Shown here: piece after piece, positions 54,685-64,000 of the stretch | Numbering within the stretch: position 1 is the stretch's first letter | How the letters are laid out: every line of letters starts with the position of its first letter | Source: Octopus sinensis | Taxonomy: Eukaryota | Length of the DNA: 64,000 bases | Assembly: GCF_006345805.1 (NCBI RefSeq) | Contig: NC_043010.1 | Span: forward strand, 22,878,001-22,942,000 | Reading direction: 5' to 3' | Position numbers and translations under genes: made by a program | The notes under the pieces: model-generated | Databases searched by the model: none | Told to the model about the DNA's origin: nothing | Seen by the model: only the letters and a program-made list of their open reading frames with translations

Positions 54685-57088
54685 ATGTATACCCACCCCT
54701 TTGACACTCAATTCTTCAACATATGTGACAAATCTTATAACATGAGCCGGATTTATCCAACAACATTACCCTTCAACAAAAGGGTCTACATCCCAAGACA
54801 TACTAATGACCATATGGAAGCACAGTTCACTATAGTTAGGACCAGACATAGACAGATTTTAGAACTATACACTAAGAGACAGAGACAGAATCAGACAGAG
54901 GCCCAACAACTCGGGATTAAACCCGCATGTGGCCTACGTAAACTCATTCAGCGCACGAGGAACAGAGAGGTGGTATGCCTTCCCACAGATAAATCCGGCA
55001 AGATGTCAATAGACAGCTTACCGAACTACATCCAGGCAATGCAACCTCATATCGCCAATATGAAAGTAACAACTTTACAGGCGCATGAAGAGAGAGAAAA
55101 GGTCCTCAACGCCCACATGATGATGTGGACAATTGTTCTGGGACCCCAGAAACGCACAGCCTACAATTTCCAAGCCTGGAACAACGATATCCCGGCACTG
55201 TATGGACTTCACAAGGACCATAAAGTAACCCCTAACCCTATAGCAGGACCACCAACAAGACCAGTCTGTGGAGCGAATATCGCTAGCAACTACAGAATCT
55301 CCTACTTCCTCTCAATGATCATACGCCCTATAATCCGGATGTCACCTGATGTTTGTGACAGCACGGAAGATCTCCTCAGCAGGATCAATGACTGTAACAA
55401 CACTTGCGACCTGACAGGATGTATGGTGGGTAGCATGGATGTGGTATCCCTATACCCATCGATCGACGTGGATTTTGCGGTGGAGGTGTGCGTGGAGATG
55501 ATCAACGAGAGCAAGGTGGAGTTCCGCAATGTCAACGCAATGTCAACTGGGCCTCCTACTTAGACTGACATGTGACAACGAATACCTAGATAAACATAAT
55601 CTTAGTAGTTTTTGCCTCAGTAGATGTTTAAGAGATAGATCACCCACAATTACTTCTATGGCTAGGAAGACCCATCTAGAGAGATGGCGCGGATGGACCA
55701 GAGCCATACGGAGCCCCGCAAATGTCCATCAGGTAAAGAAAATGATCGCACATGCATTAGGAGCTAGTATAAGAGTTACCCTAAAAGGCCACACGTTTAA
55801 GTTTAACAATAAAATATATGCCCAGGACGAGGGGGCAGCCATCGGCGTTAGTATCGCTGGTGATGTGGCCAACCTTTTCATGGTATGGTGGGACAGAAGG
55901 CTTAAAGAACGCCTAACATAGAACTCCATACTCGTGAACATGTACTCTCGCTATGTTGATGATATCAACATGGTGGTAAAGGCACCCCCACAAGAGAGTA
56001 CTGTTAAAATAGAAATAGAAACTAATACTATGGAGAGCATCCAGCAAATAGCTAACTCCATCCACCAGAGTATTAAGGTCACAATAGACTACCCCACTAA
56101 ACACCCCAACCATAGACTACCAGTACTAGACACAGAACTCTGGCTAGAAACTGTGAATAATAAAACCCAAATCTTTCATTCGTACTATGCCAAACCTATG
56201 GTCTCGAAATACTTGATCCACCGGAACTCAGCCATTGCGGACAATGCCAAATTCAATATTTTGATGGCAGACCTCGTCAGAATAATGCGAAATGTGTCCC
56301 GCATGTGCGAGCCTACAGAGTTAAAGAGACACATACAACATTTCATTCACCGCATGCAGTTCTCAAGTTACAGCCATAAAGAAAGGATCAGAGTATACTA
56401 AGGAGTCATGAAGAAATTTGATAATATATTATGTAATGATAGGAATGGGCTTTGCCCACTTTAATGGAGCAAGTCATGGAACACTATAGTAAGGACAACG
56501 AAGAAAATAGGGAAGGCCAACTCTTGGTATGATAGCCATAAATACCAGAGTGTCATGTTCGTTGACACCACCCCCAGAGGTGAAGTGGCGTACCGCTTTA
56601 GAAGGACCCTAGACAAACTTAAGCTAAGGATTAAGGTTGTTGAAAAGCCAGGCAACCCTATCAAATCCATAATCGGTAGAACCTACACTTATAGTAGAAC
56701 CTCCTGTACGGATTGGTACTGTACTGTGTGTAAATTTAGCCCACAAACAAACTGTAAAGCCAGAAATGTAGTCTATAGTATAAGATGTATAGAGGGACGA
56801 TGCAGTAACAAGACAACGACATACGTAGGGGAAACGGCACGAAGCATAGGAGAGCGGGCAAATGAGCAATGGAGAGAACTTAAGGAAGGAAAGAGCTCAT
56901 CGATTCTGTACCAACACGCCGAGCAGGAATACAGGGGATCAATCAACAACATAGAGGTTAAAATCTTGTCCACACATAGAACAGATGCAACAATCAGACA
57001 AATTACGGAAGCTACACACATAATAGAAGATAAACCTAGCCTGAATAGGAAACTGGAATGGAACACTAGCACACGCCACAACATATGA
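54685..57088 (+). pseudogene. Penelope-like element PLE2, RT plus Cys-rich linker plus GIY-YIG, disrupted
   Basis: PTDKSGK, LYGLHKDHK, PTRPVCG, SMDVVSLYPSID, FKFNNKIYAQDEGAAIG, RYVDDI, LPVLD, YAKP; SCTDWYCTVC..NCKARNVVYSIRC..YVGETARSIGER..H; stops and a frameshift split it into four ORFs. Confidence 0.92.
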
Positions 57089-57257
57089 CAGAAGAGGATT
57101 CCCATAAACTGGTTACAATATAAACAAAACCGAAAACATAATAAATAAAATACACAGATAAATAAACAAATAGAAATAAATAACTACATAGGTTTTCTTT
57201 TAAATTTGAAAGATTTAAAAAAACTTGTTTTAATTAAAAAAATTTTTTTTTTAAATG

Positions 57258-57301
<44 letters not shown>

Positions 57302-57884
57302 TATTATTATTATTATTATTATTTACTAGTATTGTTGTTATACATCCATAAAGCATACGTAATAATAATAATAATGATAATAATAATTATAAGTGGATGT
57401 AAACATGAACAAAATAAATAAAAAAAAAGAATAAACAAAAATATATTACACGAACGTATATAAACAGAAGATACAAATATTACAGGCATTCCCCCCACAT
57501 ACATACACACTAACTTAACACAGACGCACATAGAGATATACGCATGCGCAAATGAAGACACATACAATAGAAATACAAAATGGCTGACGGTTAGTAAGGA
57601 GAGACACAAATAAGAAAGAAGAAAGCAAAGGACCACTGATGCGGTCACAGGAGTATGACGGAAGAACTCTGGCCGAAATAAGGTTAAGATTAATGCAAAA
57701 ATTAAATAACGGTGAAGCAAAGTAACACCAAATATATAGTGCGTGTGTTTTTATTGGCTTAACTGGCAAAATGACCATTCCGAAATACAACAATGTCTGT
57801 TTCAACACACGACGTCACATAAAAAATCTTCCACAACAAATATATAAACGTAATTATTATTATTATTATCATTATTATTATTAT

Positions 57885-57963
57885 TCGAGTCACTGCTTGG
57901 AATCGAACTCGGAATTTTGGGGGTTAGTAGCCCGCGCTCTTAACCACTGCGCCATATGCCCGT
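57885..57963 (-). mobile_element. Short tRNA-like SINE head followed by (AAT)n
   Basis: GGGCATATGGCGCAGTGGTTAAGAGCGC..CCGAGTTCGATTCCAAG: A and B boxes, no closed acceptor stem. Confidence 0.7.
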
Positions 57964-58344
57964 GGGCATATGTACTCATACGTAAGTATATACATACATC
58001 AATCAAAATATAGATACACACATGCAGTGACATCTATACATGCAGACAAACATCCACTTATACTTCCGTGTGCATATACATGTTTATATATACATATATA
58101 CATACATGGCAAAATAGTTGGTATTATTTCAGTTTTAAGGAATTCTATATTCCTTTCTAGATTGGAATCTTCGGAATTAAAATTAGAAAACAATGTAACC
58201 ATACACAAGATCATAGACATCTGCGAATACTCATGAATACGTAATTGTGTTGCCGTATGTATAAGAAGGACATATCTATATACCTATATATGCATAGACA
58301 TCTAAGCATAAACATAAATGCATGTGTGTCTTTATATATGTGAA

Positions 58345-58663
58345 GGCGCGTGGCTTAGTGGTTAGGACATTCGACTTAGGAGATTGTAAGGTCGTGAGTT
58401 CAATTCCCGGCGACGCGTTGTATCCTTGAGCAAGACACTTTATTTCCCGTTGCTCCAGTCAACTCAGCTGGTAAAAATGAGTAGTACCTGTATTTCAAAG
58501 GGCCAGCCTTGTCACACTGTGTGCCACGCTGAATCTCCTTGAGAACTACGTTAGGGGTACAAGTGTCTGTGGAATGCTCAGCCACTTGCGAACTAATTTC
58601 ATGAGCAAGCTGTTTCTTTGATCGTATCAGCTGAGACCCTCGTCATCGTAACCGACGGAGCGC
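58345..58663 (+). mobile_element. tRNA-derived SINE (head type 1, tail X)
   Basis: ggcgcgtggcttagtggttagg..gagttcaattcccgg..tccttgagcaagacactt; 3' half shared with 44498-44871. Confidence 0.85.
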
Positions 58664-58699
58664 TCCTTTTTAGGATATATATGTGTGTGTGCGTGTGTG

Positions 58700-58922
58700 T
58701 ATGTATAGTAAATCACCCCAACAAAAAATCGAAGAACAAACACAAGAGAAAAACAACAATTCGAGGACGTGGTACATGCAAGATATTTAGCAGACGCTCA
58801 GGGGAGTAAAGAAAGGTAGTCCAACGTTTCGAGCAAAAATCTTCGTCAGAAACAGGAGACGGAGGAAAGTCGAAAAGAAAATGAAGACGGGGGGGGGGAA
58901 GTCGCCGACATTCCACATGTGG
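58700..58922 (-). mobile_element. PLE-type tail with degenerate hammerhead (about 58818-58856)
   Basis: Minus: CTGACGA-AGATTTTTGCTC-GAAAC-GTT; weak stems; bounded by (TA)n. Confidence 0.45.
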
Positions 58923-58996
<74 letters not shown>

Positions 58997-59094
58997 CATA
59001 CATATCTATATATATACATACAAATATATATATATATACATACAAATATATATATACATACACATGCATACATACATATATATATATATATATA

Positions 59095-59296
59095 ATGGCC
59101 TAGTGGTTAGGGCAGCGGACTCGCGGTCGCAGGATCGCGGTTTCGATTCTCAGACCGGGCGTTGTGTGTGTTTATTGAGCGAAAACACCTAAAAGCTCTA
59201 CGAGGCTCCGGCAGGGGGTGGTGATCCCTGCTGTACTCTTTCACCACAATGGCGGTGCCCCAGCATGGCCACAGCTCAAGAGCTGAAACTGGAAAA
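59095..59296 (+). mobile_element. tRNA-derived SINE (head type 2, family A tail)
   Basis: Head and body match 44700-44871; then ggcggtgccccagcatggccacagctc..ctgaaact matches the family A tail. Confidence 0.8.
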
Positions 59297-59368
59297 ACAA
59301 AAACAAAAAAAAAATATATATATATACATATATATATATATATTATATATATACATATATATATATAC

Positions 59369-59422
<54 letters not shown>

Positions 59423-59793
59423 TGTATATATAGAAACTGTTGATAAAGGCTGCGTGGCGTTCAATTATAAATAATTTAAAATACACATTAAGTACAGGAT
59501 ATCACAAGCGAGTGAAAAATACGTACACACACGAGAGATAAGTACAGGACAAAATATGAAAGGAAGTCTAACTCCTTTTCAGTTGTCGAGGAGTTGTTTA
59601 TTACTACTTATTTCGTGCTTTTAACAAGACAGGAAAACTTCATAGGACAGCAGCATCAATAAATTGAAACAATATAAAATGTATGGAGAGTCAGAGCTTC
59701 AAACGAAGAAACAACACCAGAGTGAACGTGTAGAGTATAGGTATATATCTATATAGATAGATCTATAGATAGATGGAAAACAGACAGACACAT

Positions 59794-60195
59794 ACTCTTT
59801 TACTATTTTACTTGTTTCAGTCATTTCACTGTGTCCATGCTGTAGCACCGCCTTTAGTCGAGCAAATCGACCCCAGGACTTATTCTTTGTAAGTCTAGTA
59901 CTTATTCTATCGGTCCCTTTTGCCGAAACTCTAAGTTACGGGGACATAAACACACCAGCATCGGTTGTCGAGCAAAGCTGGTGGGACAAGCACAGACGCA
60001 CAAACATATATATATATACACACAGACACACACATATATATATACATATATACGACGGGCTTCTTTCAGTTTCCGTCTACCAAATCCACTCACAAGGCTT
60101 TGGTCGGCCCGAGGCTATAGTAGAAGACACTTGCCCAAGCTGAACCCGGAGCCATGTGGTTGGTAAGCAAGCTATTTACCACCCAGCCACTCCTA
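59794..60195 (-). mobile_element. SINE family A, near full-length
   Basis: Reverse complement of head, body, central (TA/CA)n and tail. Confidence 0.88.
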
Positions 60196-60879
60196 CATAC
60201 AAACATACATACAAATATAGGTGTATATATATGTGTATATAAGATATATAAGTATATATATATATATGTGTGTGTGTATGTGTGTGTGTGTTTGTGTGTG
60301 TGTATGTATGTTGTACAGGCGTGTACACATGCACTCACACACACACACACACATGAAACATAACTCCATAACTCATATGAGAATCGTTACAATGGACGAT
60401 TGACTATAATTAAGTTCGCTGTAAAGAGATCGAACTGTGATGTCACAACTCCCAATCACCCTATCACCCGTCCGGAATATGTCTCCATTCACACGGCGGG
60501 TGATCGATATCAATGCGTAAATGTTGGCTTGATTTATAACACCGTTCCTTGTGTAGTGCTACACAAAGACAGAATGAAATATACTCCGTGGCCGCCTTCA
60601 TTGTTTCGTGACCCCCATCCATCGGCTCCTCATACAGAACAAAGCGGTAATCGTAAGAAAGCAATAACTGATAAATTGGAAATAATATTTTCATAAAATT
60701 CTTCGTGATGTAATCAGCAGAATTAGCTGTGATATCGATCCACATTGCATATTCGGAAAGAAGAAAAAAAAACCTGTATAATATTGATTAAACGCCAAGT
60801 GTGTTAAGTCGGACAAGCAAAGACATATCCATCTCTAGCATTTCACCCAAAAGATCTAAAGAGTCTTTTATTGTTGTCG

Positions 60880-60916
<37 letters not shown>

Positions 60917-61594
60917 AGTTGTCGTTGTTTTGCTCTGTCATGAAGAATATATAGCCACGTTTTGGACATTGATAGAGTGATTAATTATTTCCTCTGCTCT
61001 TTTCATTGCCAAAGTATAAAAAAAATAACTCAAGTCAAAACCTCAAACTTTTCTATTTTCTATAAGAAACATTTCGAGGAAAAACAGACAAAGCAAAAAA
61101 TCCAAAGAATTGTTTGTCCATCGACTGTTGCGTTCTCTTTTAGTAAAAGATCAAAATTGAATTCTTCCCCGACAATATGGTCACAAACATATTTTTCACC
61201 AGAAAGTTTGGATTTCAATCAATCATTATTGAGGTTACGATTGAAGAATTCTTTCTCAATGTCAGCCTATGCGTGTGTGTGTCTGCTGGATATTTCTTGG
61301 TGCGTCTGTCTGTTAATATCAACCGATTCTTTTGATGTATCGATAATGATTAATCGATAATCATTTAGTTACGTTCATAATTTTTCCCGACATCAGATTT
61401 TTGTTTTTCAAACGAACGACTTTAAAAATGGTTGTAAAAATCCCGCTGGAGAGAAAAATTCGATTCCATTTTCTTCTCGCAATTGGAGTTTTCAAACGTA
61501 ACTAATAGCATAGAGAAATAGATAGAGATAGACAGATAGACATTCACATACACACACACACACGCGCGCGCACACGCACGCACACATATATGTA

Positions 61595-61644
61595 TATATA
61601 TATAAATATGTGTGCATATAGATATTATATATATATGTATATGA

Positions 61645-61676
<32 letters not shown>

Positions 61677-61683
61677 GAATATA

Positions 61684-61767
<84 letters not shown>

Positions 61768-61918
61768 TGAGATGTGGAAATATTTACAAATGGAAAAACT
61801 AATAATTTGTATATATGTTTATGTGTATGTATATATATAAATATGTGTGCATATAGATATTATATATATATATGTATATGAACACACACACACACACATA
61901 TATATATATATGAATATA

Positions 61919-62002
<84 letters not shown>

Positions 62003-62059
62003 TGAGATGTGGAAATATTTACAAATGGAAAAACTAATAATTGTATATATGTTTATGTG

Positions 62060-62070
<11 letters not shown>
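61595..62070. repeat. Tandem duplication of a ~240-bp microsatellite-rich unit
   Basis: aaatatgtgtgcatatagatatt..gagtgagatgtggaaatatttacaaatggaaaaactaataa occurs twice. Confidence 0.85.
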
Positions 62071-62102
<32 letters not shown>

Positions 62103-62581
62103 GTGTGTGTGTGTCTCTGTATATGTATATATATATATTTGCACCTACAAATATACGCGTACATACATACGTACATCCACTGCACAAATGGAGCATACAT
62201 ATAGATGCGCGCACGTACACATACACATACATATACACACAGGCACATACACGCACACACAAACACAAAATAGTCACGAGATTAATTTTATATGAATTTT
62301 TAAAAAATAATTACATCGACTCTGCATTTATATGTCGAATACTTTGCTTGAGAAACGGTTCTTCCTCCTCGTTTTCTCTTGAAACTGATACAGCACCAAT
62401 TCCACAGACATACATAGATGAATACATACATACGTACATACATACATACTTATGTAAATATATTATACAAGTATATAGACACATGCTGTATATGAAACAT
62501 AGTTTATACTATGTCGTTAAGTTCATACCTCACACCTCAAAAGCCATCATCACCTAATTAAATGTGTGCGCGCGTATATAC

Positions 62582-62635
<54 letters not shown>

Positions 62636-62638
<3 letters not shown>

Positions 62639-63018
62639 TAGGAGTAATTTGCTTACGAACCATATGGTTCCGGATTTAGTCCCACTGCATGGCACCTTTG
62701 GCAAGTGTCTTCTACTATAAAGCTTTGTGAGTGGATTTGGTAGACGGAAACTGAAAGAAGCCCGCCATATATATGTGTATATATATCTATGTATATGTAT
62801 ATGTATATGTTTATGTGTATATATGTTTATGTGCCTCTGTTCGTCCCCCACCATCGCTTGACAATCGATGTTGGTGTGTTTACGTCCCCGTAAATTAGCG
62901 GTTCGGCAAAAGTGACCGATAGAATAAGTACTAGGCATACAAAGATTAAGTCCTGGGGTCGATCTGCTCCAGTGTGGCCACAGTCAAATGACTGAAACAA
63001 GTAAAATAGTAAAAGAGT
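62636..63018 (+). mobile_element. SINE family A
   Basis: Head, body, central (TA)n and tail gactgaaacaagtaaaatagtaaaagagt. Confidence 0.88.
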
Positions 63019-64000
63019 ATACATATACAAGATGGTGCCGAACTAACAACAAGTGTGTGTTAATGTGTCTCTCCTAAATTTTAAGTCCTTCAAGAGATCG
63101 ATGTTATCAGAAGTGAAATTTTTCTGTAAAGCGAATATAAGTGAAAGTACGACAAGGCACTGTATTTGAGAAGAATATTTTCGCTTTTGATATAGTATTT
63201 GCAACTAGAACATACCTCGCGAGCACATGTGTTGAAAGCACGTGTGTTACTTCCTGAAATCGAAGTGAATTTTTGTCTGTGAAACAACGACAAGACAGTA
63301 TTTTTGAGAAGCATATTTTCGCTTTTGGTGTCGTATATCTGCGTGTTTTGAAAGCTTCTGAAAAATTTGCTGCCTAATACCAAATTGCTTAAGAAAATAT
63401 AGAAAGTATTGTTAATTTTTGCATCTACGAAATCGGAACGCTATTCTTTCCTTTCGTTTACAAAATACAAGTGAGGAATATCAAAGGTCTGTCTTAGTAT
63501 CTATCTTCCTTTCTTATAAAACTGAGTGACGGTAAGTGTTCTCTCAGCCGGTAAGGTAAGGAAAAATATTATTTATTATTAATGTTCTCTCAACCAGAAG
63601 ATAATAATTTAAAAAAAAGATATAAAAGATATAAAAAATACGCGCTATTCTATCTTTAACGCGTTTGTTTAATGATTCGTCCTTCCTATCTGCCACACTC
63701 TCTCTCTATCTCTTCCTTACATTTCTATTTCTATCTCTTTCATTTCTTACATTTCTATCTCTTACATTTCTATCGTTTTCTTACATTTTTATACCTTATC
63801 TGTCTCTCCATCCACCAGACCCTCTATTTCCGCTCTCTCTCCCCTCCTCTGTCTCTCTCTGCCATCGTTTCTCTTTCTGCATCTCCCTCTCAGATCAACT
63901 TTCTCACATCTCACCCCCCTCTCAGTTCCTCTACTTCACTCATTCTCTCTTGTATCTATATACCGCCCTCTCTCTCTCTTTTTCTCTCTCTCTCTGTTAC

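Noticed and set aside
54685-57088. Selenocysteine or read-through recoding in PLE ORFs
   Set aside because: The interrupting stops I checked are TAA/TAG plus a frameshift, not TGA at conserved Cys positions.
57885-57963. Possible tRNA gene (likewise other SINE heads)
   Set aside because: A and B boxes present but no closed cloverleaf; continues into SINE body or microsatellite tail.

Overview
AT-rich, microsatellite-saturated animal DNA. The SINE repertoire and repeat density point to a cephalopod (Octopus-like) intergenic or intronic region; this is an inference from recognised repeat types. No host protein-coding gene can be supported, and nearly all listed ORFs are read-through of simple repeats. 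The recognisable coding remnants are all broken transposon ORFs: three Penelope-like elements (PLEs; RT plus C-terminal GIY-YIG), a cluster of R4/Dong-like RLE LINE fragments in (TAA)n, an ORF1-only Tx1/L1-like element with a 15-bp TSD inside a SINE head, two Tc1 elements and a rearranged mariner. Non-coding repeats include several tRNA-derived SINE families, a probable non-autonomous Helitron, a MITE-like element, a 1.4-kb GC-rich 16-bp minisatellite and a tandemly duplicated ~1.4-kb palindrome. The most striking signal is a set of type I hammerhead ribozyme motifs from at least four unrelated sequence families. Most have self-complementary stem III regions (ACATATGT, ACGATCGT, ACGT), and several occur as inverted pairs bracketing 5'-truncated PLEs or as a short two-ribozyme hairpin. 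All folds and alignments were done by eye; coordinates of degenerate repeats are approximate.
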